Assembly: GCA_963828175.1 (NCBI GenBank)
Contig: CAWHFT010000126.1
Coordinates: 1 to 58,597, forward strand
Direction: 5' to 3'
DNA: 58,597 nucleotides
Origin: an uncultured Spirochaetota bacterium
GTDB taxonomy: Bacteria > Spirochaetota > Spirochaetia > Treponematales > Rectinemataceae
How positions within the stretch are numbered: the first letter of the stretch is position 1; each line of letters starts with the position of its first letter. Positions 9,591 through 18,936 of the stretch are shown here, one piece after another. The notes under the pieces were generated by a model. That model was not told the origin of the DNA, searched no databases, and saw only the letters and a program-made list of their open reading frames with translations. A program made the translations under genes and the position numbers.

Positions 9591-10820
9591 CTATTGAGCC
9601 AGGCCCCGGAACGCCTTGGTCATGAGATCGATGAACTGCGCTTTCGTGATGGAGCCGGTGGCGAACTGATTGTAGATGGGGGCGAGTGTCTTGCCGCGGA
9701 AATCGGTCGTGAAGTTGTACTGGTTCCAGCTGTAGATCTTTCCGGATGCGGCGTAAGCCTGAACCGACTTGGAGAGCTGGCCGCTGGGATTGAGCTTGAT
9801 GTTCTTGAATGCCGGTATCATTCCCGCATCCGTCACGATGTACTTGTTGCCCGCCTCGGTGTAGACGAGATCGTTAAGGAATTTCTTCGCCGCGGCGATG
9901 TTCTTCGAGCTTTTGTTGATGACGTAGAAAGAGGGAGCGGCGACGAAGATGCCGTCGGTCTTGGCGGCCATTGAGCCATGGGGGGCGAAAGCCATGGCGA
10001 AAGTGGCCTTGGCGTCCTTCATATTGGGATCGACCCAGTTGCCCTGGTGGAGGAAGGCGGCCTGCTGGGAAGCGAAAGCGCCGACCTGAGCATCGTAGTT
10101 GCCGGTGGTGAGCACGGTCTTGTCGGCATACTTGAAGAGGAGCTCCACCCAGTCCGCGTATTCGGAAAGGCGCTTCGCGTCGACCTTGCCGGCCAGGAGC
10201 GCTTTGGTTACGGACATGTCGCCGTAGGGCAGGCCGTTGGAGAGGAGGGAGTTGAAGTTGTGGTCGCCGGTGACCCACCCCATGTCGAGGCCCGCGCACA
10301 TGGAGACGACTGACTTGAGCCCGAGCGCGGCCTTCTGGGCGTCGATTTTCGCGAAGGCGGCCTTATAGCCGGCGTAGTTGACCAGAGTCTTGGGGTCTAC
10401 TCCGGCCTTTTTGAGGATGTCGGCGTTATAGGCCAGCCCCCAGCCCTCTACGGAGACCGGAAAACCATAAACCTTGCCGTCTACCGTAAACGGAACGGAA
10501 GTATCCTTGACCCACTTCTCGCCGGAGAGGTCGAGAACGATATCGGCCCACTCTTTGTAATCCTCGATACCGGCGATGACGAAGATGTCGGGCATGTCGC
10601 CTGCGGCAAAATCGGCCTTGAGCTGTGTGCCGAGGTCAGTCCCCGAGCTGCCGCCCACGGACTTGATCGTGACAGGAACGTTGCCGGCCTTGGTCCAGGT
10701 AGCAGCATAGGCTTTTAGGAACGAATCGATTTCGGGCTTGTTTTGCTCCAGGGTTATGCCTTGGGCAGAGATGGCGCCTGCGATAAGCAGGGCAACGAGT
10801 AGCGCTACGAGTTTCTTCAT
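9591..10820 (-). CDS. Extracellular solute-binding protein (family 1) of the sugar ABC transporter
   Basis: Signal peptide MKKLVALLVALLIAGAISAQG and a GAGGAGGAG RBS before the ATG at 10820. Confidence 0.9.
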   Translation of the reverse strand: MKKLVALLVALLIAGAISAQGITLEQNKPEIDSFLKAYAATWTKAGNVPVTIKSVGGSSGTDLGTQLKADFAAGDMPDIFVIAGIEDYKEWADIVLDLSGEKWVKDTSVPFTVDGKVYGFPVSVEGWGLAYNADILKKAGVDPKTLVNYAGYKAAFAKIDAQKAALGLKSVVSMCAGLDMGWVTGDHNFNSLLSNGLPYGDMSVTKALLAGKVDAKRLSEYADWVELLFKYADKTVLTTGNYDAQVGAFASQQAAFLHQGNWVDPNMKDAKATFAMAFAPHGSMAAKTDGIFVAAPSFYVINKSSKNIAAAKKFLNDLVYTEAGNKYIVTDAGMIPAFKNIKLNPSGQLSKSVQAYAASGKIYSWNQYNFTTDFRGKTLAPIYNQFATGSITKAQFIDLMTKAFRGLAQ

Positions 10821-10852
10821 ATACTCTCCTCCTCTGACTATGATTCTCAAAA

Positions 10853-10866
10853 GAGAACCGGTTTAC
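10853..10866. promoter_or_regulatory. LacI-type operator candidate 1 (GAGAACC|GGTTTAC)
   Basis: CG-centred imperfect palindrome ~33 nt upstream of the solute-binding-protein start. It shares the AACCGGTTT core with two more sites. Confidence 0.5.
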
Positions 10867-10895
10867 CAGCTATGTTGCCTGAATCTTTCGAGAAT

Positions 10896-10909
10896 ATAAA
10901 CCGGTTTTA
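10896..10909. promoter_or_regulatory. LacI-type operator candidate 2 (ATAAACC|GGTTTTA)
   Basis: Contains a perfect 10-bp palindrome AAACCGGTTT (10898-10907). It fits the generic LacI-family AANCGNTT core. Confidence 0.55.
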
Positions 10910-10962
10910 CAACTAAAGCAAGACCGAATTTTACAGATTGCTCCCGTGCCTTAACATGCCTC

Positions 10963-10976
10963 GTTTACCGGTTTAA
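10963..10976. promoter_or_regulatory. LacI-type operator candidate 3 (GTTTACC|GGTTTAA)
   Basis: Third copy of the ACCGGTTTA core in the same divergent intergenic region. Its left half-site is weaker. Confidence 0.35.
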
Positions 10977-11090
10977 TGAGGATCCAAAGGCCGACCGGCC
11001 GGAGATTGCGGGCGATGTTTCGATCGATTACTATTAGCCCTGCTCAGCTCTTTCTTTATTATGAAATTACCAAAACAAGGAGCGACGAAT

Positions 11091-12746
11091 ATGAAGCAGG
11101 TCACCGTTACCTATGCATCGGGCGAAAAGGTGGCCTATCCCGCCGGGGTCAAGGCCCAGGACGTCATCGGCAAGCTGGGCAGCCTCGCCTGGCCACTCGC
11201 GGCCGTCCTCGTCAACAACGAGCTTCTGCCCCTCGACGCCCAACTGCTCACCGATTGCGACGTCCGACCCATCACGCTCGATACCGCCCAAGGCGCCACC
11301 ACCTACCGCCGCTCGCTCTGCTTCCTCCTCGCCATCGCCGCCAAGCAGCTGTTCCCCGAGCGGCGCCTGATGGCCGGCATGGCCATCGGTACCGGCTTCT
11401 TCCACTATTTCGACGACGACCATGTCGTCAGCCCCGAGGAAATCGCCTCTCTCGAGGCGGGCATGCATCTCTTGGTCGAGCGCGACGTCGGCATAAACGT
11501 CGAGTGGCGGGCCTGGGCGGACGCCATCGAGTACTTCAAGAGCTCCGAGCAGAGCGGCACCCTGCTCCTGCTCGAGCACCTCAACGACGCCGTCATTCCC
11601 TTGAACGAGTGCTCGGGCTTCCGCGACCTCCACGTCGCGCCCCTCGTGCCCTCCACCGGCGTCTTGCGCACCTTCTCGCTGCGACCCTACAACGAGGGCT
11701 TCCTCCTCCGCTATCCCCACAAGGAATCGCCCGATACCCTCACGCCCTTCGTCGACGATCCCGTGCTCTATAGCATCGCCCACGAGACAAGAGAGCGGTC
11801 GCGCGTGCTCGGCGTAGCGTCGGTGGGCGCGCTCAACAAGGTCAACGCCTCCAAGGGCATAAAAGACTTCATCCAGGTCGCCGAGTCGCTCCAGAACAAG
11901 AAGATCGCCGCCATCGCCGACGAGATCGCCGCCATCGCCGGCTCGGTCAAGGTCGTTCTCATAGCCGGCCCCTCGAGCTCCGGCAAGACCACCACCTCCA
12001 AGAAGCTCGCCATCCAGCTCAAGGTCATCGGCCTCGAGCCGACCATCATTTCCCTCGACGACTATTTCGTAGACCGCGACCGCACCCCCCGCGACGAGAA
12101 CGGCGAGTACGACTTCGAGTGCCTCGAGGCCCTGGATGTCGAGTTCCTCAACGAGCAGCTCGTCGAACTCTTCGCCGGCAAGACGATCGACCGCACGCTC
12201 TTCGACTTCAAGACCGGCACGCGCAAGAAGACCGGACAGAAGCTCGCCCTGGGCCAGCGCGGCATCCTCGTCATGGAGGGCATTCACGGCCTCAATGACG
12301 AGCTCACCCCGCGCGTGAGCAGCGACCAGAAGTTCAAGATCTACGTCAGCGCCCTCACCCAGCTCAACCTCGACGACCACAACCGCGTCAGCACCACCGA
12401 CAACCGCCTCTTGCGCCGGATGGTGCGCGACTACAACTTCCGCGGCCACAGCGCCCGGGACACGCTGAAGATGTGGCCCTCGGTCCAGGCCGGCGAGCGC
12501 AAGCACATCTTCCCCTTCCAGAACAGCGCCAACATCGCCTTCAACTCCGCCCTCGACTACGAGCTCGGCGTCCTCAAGATCTACGCCGAGCCGCTTTTGC
12601 GCACCGTCAAGCCCGTCGACGCCGAGTATTCCGAGGCCCGCCGCCTCCAGGCCTTCCTAGACAACTTCGCGCCCATCCCCTCCGTCAGCGTTCCCGGCGA
12701 CAGCCTGCTGCGTGAGTTTATTGGAGATAGTGAGTTCAAGTACTGA
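11091..12746 (+). CDS. Uridine/nucleoside kinase-like protein with a long N-terminal TGS/ThrRS-like extension
   Basis: P-loop LIAGPSSSGKTTTSKKL, then SLDDYF and MEGIHGLN blocks typical of Udk. AAGGAG lies 8 nt before the ATG at 11091. Confidence 0.8.
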   Translation: MKQVTVTYASGEKVAYPAGVKAQDVIGKLGSLAWPLAAVLVNNELLPLDAQLLTDCDVRPITLDTAQGATTYRRSLCFLLAIAAKQLFPERRLMAGMAIGTGFFHYFDDDHVVSPEEIASLEAGMHLLVERDVGINVEWRAWADAIEYFKSSEQSGTLLLLEHLNDAVIPLNECSGFRDLHVAPLVPSTGVLRTFSLRPYNEGFLLRYPHKESPDTLTPFVDDPVLYSIAHETRERSRVLGVASVGALNKVNASKGIKDFIQVAESLQNKKIAAIADEIAAIAGSVKVVLIAGPSSSGKTTTSKKLAIQLKVIGLEPTIISLDDYFVDRDRTPRDENGEYDFECLEALDVEFLNEQLVELFAGKTIDRTLFDFKTGTRKKTGQKLALGQRGILVMEGIHGLNDELTPRVSSDQKFKIYVSALTQLNLDDHNRVSTTDNRLLRRMVRDYNFRGHSARDTLKMWPSVQAGERKHIFPFQNSANIAFNSALDYELGVLKIYAEPLLRTVKPVDAEYSEARRLQAFLDNFAPIPSVSVPGDSLLREFIGDSEFKY

Positions 12747-12840
12747 GGGAGAGGGAATCGGGCGGGGGGAGAAGGTCAGTCCGCCGATCAGGGCGCAGCT
12801 GCCGCTCGTGGCCCCTGCCCTTCTCTCCCCCGCACCCCCC

Positions 12841-13221
12841 TCATCCATCGCTGCCCCTCTCCCGCCCGCGAATGTCCAGCGTGCGGCGCTCGCCGTCGGG
12901 AAACTCCGAGGCGAAGGGAGCGAACAGCTCCTCAGCGATGACGATCTCCCGCCCGCGCCTCCGCCTGTAAACGAGCGCCGGTATTCACCGTATCGCCGAG
13001 AGCCGTGAAGTCGAACGCCATGCCGGCGTTCACGCCGATGCCAACGGGATTCCGCGAGTTGCGCCCGGACTCGTCGTCGAGGAGACGCTGCAGCTCCGCG
13101 GCGCGGATTCTGCGAAAGCCTTGGGCCCAATCTTCTCGGCCAGCCCCGTCAAGCCGCGAACATCGGCGGACAGGACGGCCACGTCGACCTCCGCCCCGCC
13201 TGAGGCAAATGGTCGTCGCAA
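12841..13221 (-). pseudogene. Decayed class III adenylate/guanylate cyclase catalytic domain
   Basis: The pieces VDVAVLSADVRGLTGLAEKIGPKAF, PVGIGVNAGMAFDFTALGDTVNTGARLQAEA and EIVIAEELF lie in two different frames. The central GDG-containing block is missing. Confidence 0.45.
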
Positions 13222-13362
13222 TAATTGCAGAACAGGAAAGCGAGCCCGTGGTGGTGGCCTACTTCACGCCAAGTCCCCCAAGAAATGTCGCCTCGTCGAG
13301 CGCCGAAGCCCGCCTTTCCACTTGATCTCTGCCCGACGGGTCGGCTATATTCCTTACCACAC

Positions 13363-13435
13363 GCCGAGATAGCTCATTTGGCAGAGCGGCGCACTCGTAA
13401 TGCGCAGGTGCTGGATTCGATTTCCAGTCTCGGCT
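13363..13435 (+). tRNA. tRNA-Thr (anticodon CGU)
   Basis: A 73-nt cloverleaf: acceptor GCCGAGA/TCTCGGC, D arm GCTC/GAGC, anticodon stem GCGCA/TGCGC with loop CTCGTAA, and T arm CTGGA-TTCGATT-TCCAG. No CCA is encoded. Confidence 0.95.
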
Positions 13436-13481
13436 CTAATTGCTTATCTTACTGATATTTAAACCCAAGGCCTAAAGCGAA

Positions 13482-13520
13482 ACACCCGCGCACAAAAATG
13501 CGCAGGTGTTTTGTTTTTTT
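13482..13520 (+). terminator. Rho-independent terminator downstream of tRNA-Thr
   Basis: An 11-bp stem (ACACCCGCGCA / TGCGCAGGTGT, one mismatch) with a 6-nt loop, followed by TTTTGTTTTTTT. Confidence 0.7.
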
Positions 13521-13617
13521 AAATTGAGCAAACCGTTATCTGGAATCCGTTTGCCGTCTAGTGGCGACTTCGCCATCTTGATCGCTGTTATAAATTTGCC
13601 CCATCAGATTCTGATGA

Positions 13618-14325
13618 TCACGGCGGGTTGTGAGTATCCTGCCGCTTTGTGAGCATCGAAATGCTCGCTGTGAAAAACCAGACGAGTAAAGCAGCTTGAC
13701 CCAGAAAAGGTGCGTAGCCCGAGGCGGTATAAAATCCCGTGAGATCGGTCCCGCCCAAGATGGACGGGGCGACGAGCAAACACAAGCCCGCCGCGGTAAA
13801 GGCGGTCCAACCCGTCCATCGGTGAAGGACGCCCGAAGTCAGGACGACGATACCCGTCGACGTCAACAGAAGGGCCGTCAGGATCAATCCGATTGCTCCG
13901 TAAAACGGAAAGCTGGCCTCCATGAGACCCCGTATCGCTGATGGATCGGCGTTGGCGGTTGTATCAAGGGCGGCTCCGGCCTGCAGGCCATCGCCAACAA
14001 GTTCTATAGCGACCAACAGAATGCCTACCGCGAAGGTGAGAGTCGCCATCCATTCAATGTCGGGTCGGTTTTTCGTTGAAAGATACCGAAAGCCCGCAAG
14101 AAATACGATGAGGCCTATCATGATGAGCGGGTCGGCGATGGAGCTGCGGAGAATCTGAAAAACGTGGGTCCGAGCGATCATTGCGCTAAATCCAACGGCG
14201 TCATCGACTCTGACCGCGGCCGGGCCCATACCGACGAAATATAGCGGAAGGGCGATCAGAAATACCGCGAAGCCGGCTATTCCGAACCAACCGGATATTC
14301 GTCGAACGTTCGGCGCAGTGATCAT
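13618..14325 (-). CDS. Hypothetical polytopic membrane protein
   Basis: About 6 hydrophobic segments. I chose the start at MITAPNVRRISGW. No family recognised. Confidence 0.55.
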   Translation of the reverse strand: MITAPNVRRISGWFGIAGFAVFLIALPLYFVGMGPAAVRVDDAVGFSAMIARTHVFQILRSSIADPLIMIGLIVFLAGFRYLSTKNRPDIEWMATLTFAVGILLVAIELVGDGLQAGAALDTTANADPSAIRGLMEASFPFYGAIGLILTALLLTSTGIVVLTSGVLHRWTGWTAFTAAGLCLLVAPSILGGTDLTGFYTASGYAPFLGQAALLVWFFTASISMLTKRQDTHNPP

Positions 14326-14508
14326 GGGGCCACCTTTGGCGTGGTCGCAGTTTCGTATCTTCCGGTCCATTCCGGGTAGGCGTTCCACTTGGCCGGCACA
14401 GGTAGGGCACGATTTCCTCGAGGCCTTGGGCTTTCCAGAATTTGACGATAGCCCATTCGGTAATTTAAGTATAGATTATTTTTTGCGCTTTCGAAAGCGA
14501 GGTTGTCA

Positions 14509-15243
14509 TTAATGGGGGATCTCGATTCGGATTCGGCATCGGTCCGAGCGGAAGAAACTGATCGTGTACTCGAAGCAGCTTCCCGCCCAGCGGGATTCGC
14601 TCGTGGTTTTCAATAAGGGCGCGCCGACCGGGAAGCTCAAGGAGCGCGATACGCTCCCGTCGCACGTCACAGCCTCGCAAAAGGTGCGGACGCGTTCGGG
14701 CGTTATGCCGTAGTTGGAGGCGAGGGCGCTGTAGATGGAGGCGTTGTTCTGCAAATGGATGTTGAGCCCTGGAGTCAGGTCCTGCCGAAGATACATGCGA
14801 ACGGTGCTGAGGGCCACGTCGCCGCGATAACGCCGAATGTCGATAGCCCACAAACGCAGGTCTGAATCGGAGGAAGCGAAAACCGACCCCAGATCCCCTC
14901 GTGGAGATATCGAATCGATACTCAGGATTTCAGTATGGGGTTCGATATTCGCGGCGCGGGCATTCAGCGTGTAGGAGCAGTGGCGCGATACCGGGATATC
15001 GATCTTGGCTTCTTGAATGAGATAGCCCCGATTACGGAAGCGAAAGAGCAAGCCGTCGCGGCAAAAAAGCTGGAGGGCGTGGCGAAGGCTGAGCCGATCC
15101 GTACCTAGGAGGGCGAGCATTTCGTTTTCGGTAGGAAGCTTCTGAAGGCCGCGCCCTCGTTGGCTTTCCACGAGGAGAAGAACGCGTCCGAGTAGCGGTG
15201 TATTCGATTGGCGGTGCGACTCGAACAAGATCGGGATAGACAT
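14509..15243 (-). CDS. phnF: GntR-family regulator with UTRA domain (PhnF-like), divergent from phnC
   Basis: HTH region LPTENEMLALLGTDRLSLRHALQLFCRDGLL plus a C-terminal UTRA-like domain. It sits head-to-head with the phn operon. Confidence 0.75.
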   Translation of the reverse strand: MSIPILFESHRQSNTPLLGRVLLLVESQRGRGLQKLPTENEMLALLGTDRLSLRHALQLFCRDGLLFRFRNRGYLIQEAKIDIPVSRHCSYTLNARAANIEPHTEILSIDSISPRGDLGSVFASSDSDLRLWAIDIRRYRGDVALSTVRMYLRQDLTPGLNIHLQNNASIYSALASNYGITPERVRTFCEAVTCDGSVSRSLSFPVGAPLLKTTSESRWAGSCFEYTISFFRSDRCRIRIEIPH

Positions 15244-15428
15244 GATTACGATTTTACTCGCCCAATATTAATTTCACGTCAGAAATGAAAGAATAAATGG
15301 ATAGTGTCCACCTAACCAGACGCAAACATTGTTCGCTAATCAAAACCTCATCGTATTAAATCGCCTCCTCACGATGGGCTAACGCGCCGCCACTATCCTG
15401 GGCCGAAGGCAGAACTGGAGGTTTTCGG

Positions 15429-16214
15429 ATGTTGGAATTGCGTGAGGTGACCCGTCGTTTCGGCGATACGATCGCGGTGAACCGCGTTTCGCTCGAAGTG
15501 AGAAAAGGCGAGCTCGTCGGAATAATCGGCAGCTCGGGAGCGGGCAAGTCCACGCTCCTACGCATGATCAACCGTCTCGTCTCGCCGAACGAGGGCCGTA
15601 TCTCTTACGAAGGCACGGATGTGACCGGGCTGAAGGGTCGCGGGCTACTGTCTTGGCGCGCGACCTGCGCAATGGTGTTTCAGCAATTCAACCTGATAAA
15701 ACGCCTGGACGTCCTTTCCAACGTACTCGTCGGCGCGATCAGCCGCTACGGGCTCCACCGTACCTTGAGCGGGATCTTCCCTCTCGAGGAGCGAAGGCGA
15801 GCCGCGGGTATCCTCGACCGCGTCGGGATCCTGGATCAAGCCTTCAAGCGATGCGATCGGCTTTCGGGGGGCCAGCAACAAAGAGTCGGCATCGCGCGGG
15901 CGCTCATGCAAAACCCGCGCATCATTCTCGCGGACGAGCCGATCGCCTCCCTCGATCCTCGCAACGCCGACCTAGTCATGGAGCTCTTGCGATCGATCAA
16001 CCGTGAGGAAGGCATCACCGTAATTTGCAGTTTGCACCATCTGTCCTTCGCCCGCGAGTACTGCGACCGCATCATTGGCATGGCGGGGGGGCATATCGTG
16101 TTCGACGGCCGTCCCGACGAGCTGACGGACGCCGAAATTCGCGCGATCTACGGCATGGAAGCGGACGAAGAGGAGAAGGAGGTTTTTGCGACCGCCGACT
16201 CCGCGTGTCGATAG
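15429..16214 (+). CDS. phnC: Phosphonate ABC transporter ATP-binding protein
   Basis: Motifs GSSGAGKSTLLRMINRL, LSGGQQQRVGIARAL and ILADEPIASLD. Confidence 0.95.
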   Translation: MLELREVTRRFGDTIAVNRVSLEVRKGELVGIIGSSGAGKSTLLRMINRLVSPNEGRISYEGTDVTGLKGRGLLSWRATCAMVFQQFNLIKRLDVLSNVLVGAISRYGLHRTLSGIFPLEERRRAAGILDRVGILDQAFKRCDRLSGGQQQRVGIARALMQNPRIILADEPIASLDPRNADLVMELLRSINREEGITVICSLHHLSFAREYCDRIIGMAGGHIVFDGRPDELTDAEIRAIYGMEADEEEKEVFATADSACR

Positions 16215-16280
16215 GCTATCGAGCGGGGCCCCGCCCAAATGGCCGGGACCCGACTCGAAGATGATTCAAAGGGGGATCAT

Positions 16281-17210
16281 ATGAAGAGTGTACGCAACGT
16301 GGTTATCAGGATTTCGACGGCCGCCCTGTTCCTGGCGGCTCTGGTATCGCCGCTCTGCGCCCAGGCCAAGACGGACTGGCGTACGCAGTATCCGAAGATT
16401 ATTTTCGCGCCGTCCTCGAGCGAGAACGAAGCCGACCGCATCGTCCGCAACAAACCCCTTCAGGACTACCTGAAGAAGACTCTTGGCGTCGACGTGGAGA
16501 TCTTCATGGTCAGCGACTACGCGGGCCAGATCGAGGCCCTCAAGGCCAAGAAGATCCAGATGGCGAGCCTGGGCTCCGACGCGTACGCCGCGGCGTTTGA
16601 CGTGACTAAAGGCAACGTCGAGCCGCTCGTGGTGGCGATTGATACGATGGGCAGCACCGGCTACAACTCGATCGTCATAGTCCAAAAGGATAGCCCCATC
16701 AAGTCGATCGCAGATTTGAAGGGCAAGTCTTTCGCCTTCGCCGATCCCAACTCGACCTCGGGCTTTCTCTTCCCGACTTTCTATTTCAGGAAGATGGGCA
16801 TCAACCCCGATAGCTACTTCAGCAAGTGGGGTTTTGGCGGGAGCCACGAGAACGACGTCATGGCGGTGGTGAACGGCACCTACGACGCCGGCGCGACCTA
16901 TACGACCAACGAGATCAAGGGCGTAGTCCAGGGCCTGGTCGCGAAGGGCATGATCAAGAAAGACGCGGTCAGGACCATCTGGAAATCGGCCATGATCCCC
17001 AACGGACCGATCGCCGTCCTCAAGGACTTGCCCGACCAGATGAAGAAGGACATCCAAAAGGCCTTCTTGGATTTCGCGACCGCCGACCCCGAGGGTTTCA
17101 AGGTCTACACCGCGCCCGGCGGCATCAAAGGCTACGAGGCCGCGACCCACGATCGCTGGCTGGACATCATCGAAATGCGCGAAGAGAACATCAAGCTTCA
17201 GAAGAAATAG
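16281..17210 (+). CDS. phnD: Phosphonate ABC transporter substrate-binding protein
   Basis: Signal peptide and the blocks SDYAGQIEALKAKKIQMASLG and DPNSTSGFLFP. The start MKSVRNVV follows AAGGGGG. Confidence 0.9.
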   Translation: MKSVRNVVIRISTAALFLAALVSPLCAQAKTDWRTQYPKIIFAPSSSENEADRIVRNKPLQDYLKKTLGVDVEIFMVSDYAGQIEALKAKKIQMASLGSDAYAAAFDVTKGNVEPLVVAIDTMGSTGYNSIVIVQKDSPIKSIADLKGKSFAFADPNSTSGFLFPTFYFRKMGINPDSYFSKWGFGGSHENDVMAVVNGTYDAGATYTTNEIKGVVQGLVAKGMIKKDAVRTIWKSAMIPNGPIAVLKDLPDQMKKDIQKAFLDFATADPEGFKVYTAPGGIKGYEAATHDRWLDIIEMREENIKLQKK

Positions 17211-17240
17211 GCCCGCTACCGCCGGCGAATTCCTAGGGAG

Positions 17241-18098
17241 ATGCCTGTGAGAGTCGACGTTTTCGAAGCCAAGTTCCAGGACCGCGCGCGAATCCATCGC
17301 CTGCGGTTCTGGGCTGGAACGGCCCTGGCGTGAGTCGTCGGCTTCGCGGCGGCGCGCGTCGGGAGGCTGGATCTAGGCGCCTTCCTTCGCGACTTCAAGC
17401 ACATCGTCGATTATTTCCGCGATTGTCTCCCGAGTCTCGGGGCATCTAGTTTCGGCGCCGACCTTGGGGCCTGGTATTGGGGCTTGGGCCGCTGGCTTTC
17501 GGCTCTCTTCGACACCGTGCTCATCGCGATAATCTCGACCTTCGTCAGCGCCGTCGCCGCCTTCATCTGCTCGTTCCTCGCTTCCAAGAATTTGGTCCCG
17601 GGTTGGGTCTATTGGCTCACTCGACGCGCATTCGAGCTCTGCCGAGGCGTGCCGGAATTGCTCTACGCCCTGCTGTTCGTACAGGCCTTCGGTTTGGGCG
17701 CCCTGCCAGGCGTGCTCGCGATCGTGGTCCACAGCACCGGCTCGCTGGGAAAGCTCTTCGCCGAAGTGAACGAAAACGCCTCGATGCTAGAGCTGGAAGG
17801 CGTAAAGGCGACCGGGGGCACCTGGGCCCAGCGGATCCGTTACGGCCTCGTGCCTCAGGTCCTTCCCAATTTCGCGAGCTATACGCTCCTGCGTTTTGAA
17901 ATCAACATCCGAGCCGCGACGGTCATCGGCTTCGTCGGTGCCGGAGGGATCGGCATGCATTTGATGACCGCGATACGCTCGTTTCAATACCAGGACATCA
18001 GCGCGATCGTGCTCATGATCGTCGCCGTAGTCATCGCCTTGGATCGCGGTTGCGACGCCCTGCGATCCCGCCTGATCGGCAGGGAGGATCGGGCGTGA
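17241..18098 (+). pseudogene. phnE: Phosphonate ABC transporter permease PhnE (copy 1), interrupted by an in-frame TGA at 17331-17333
   Basis: One frame reads ...RIHRLRFWAGTALA*VVGFAAARVG...ALFDTVLIAIISTFVSAV...FGLGALPGVLAIVVHSTG...RFEINIRAATVIGFVGAGGIG. No ATG/GTG/TTG occurs between the stop and the TTG at 17484. Confidence 0.8.
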
Positions 18099-18936
18099 GC
18101 AATACCGGAAGTCAGGCCATAGCAGAACGCGTGGAGCGCTCGAGAAACGCCAAGGTCGTCAGGATGGCGGGTGGTTTCGCCGCGGCGATGGCCGTGCTCG
18201 TTCTGATATGCCTGCGTCTGGATATGCGAATCGATCGCCTGTTCTCGGGGGCGGGCCGCTTCTTTCATTTGGTCGCCCTCTTCTTTCCTCCCAGCGCCGG
18301 CGGGGCCTTTCCGGAATTCCTCGTCGCCATGGGCGAGACGCTTTCCATGGCGCTTTGGGGTACATGCATAGGGGCCTGCGTGGCGATACCCCTCGCTTCG
18401 TCGCCGCCGCGAACGTAAACCGGATTGCATGGCTGCGCGCCCTGGTGCGACGGGTCTTTGACGTCGTGCGCGGCATCGACAGCCTTGTCTGGGCCCTGGT
18501 CTTCGTCCACGTCGTCGGTCTGGGACCCTTCGCAGGAATCTGCGCGATCGCGGTAGTGGATTCGGCGGTCCTGGGAAAGCTGTTTTCCGAAGCCATCGAA
18601 ACCGCGGACCGAGGGGAGATCGACGGCGTGCTGAGCGCGGGCGCGGGGTCTCTGACGGTGCTCCGTTTCGGGTATTTGCCCCAGCTCGCGCCGATCTTTC
18701 TGAGCAACGTCCTTTATTTTTTCGAGTCCAACGTCAGGTCGGCCTCGATCCTCGGCGTGCTCGGAGCGGGGGGAATCGGCATGCAGATGATGGACCGGAT
18801 ACGCATCATGGATTGGCCGCAGGTAGGCTTCATCCTCGTCATGATTCTCATCTGCATTAGCCTCATCGACATGGGATCGAAACGGCTGCGCCTCAAGATC
18901 GCCGGCTCGGCGGAAAGGATTGACCATGGAGACTAA
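18095..18936 (+). CDS. phnE: Phosphonate ABC transporter permease PhnE (copy 2), frameshifted as assembled (-1 near 18396)
   Basis: The GTG at 18095 overlaps the phnE1 TGA. ...ETLSMALWGTCIGACVAIPLA is in frame 2 and continues as FVAAANVNRIAWL...VGLGPFAGICAIAV...FESNVRSASILGVLGAGGIG in frame 1. Total length is 842 nt (3n+2). Confidence 0.8.

Noticed and set aside
13399-13508. 12-nt identity (AATGCGCAGGTG) between the tRNA-Thr anticodon/variable region and the downstream terminator arm as a possible att duplication
   Set aside because: It is too short and diverges immediately. It does not include the tRNA 3' end that integrases normally duplicate, and no integrase gene is adjacent.
17331-17333. 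In-frame TGA in phnE1 as possible selenocysteine or a reassigned codon
   Set aside because: TGA is used as the ordinary stop by many neighbouring genes (pepF, phnJ, phnL, the permeases), often in ATGA/GTGA overlaps. The position is inside a hydrophobic TM helix where Trp (TGG) fits. I saw no SECIS-like hairpin directly downstream.
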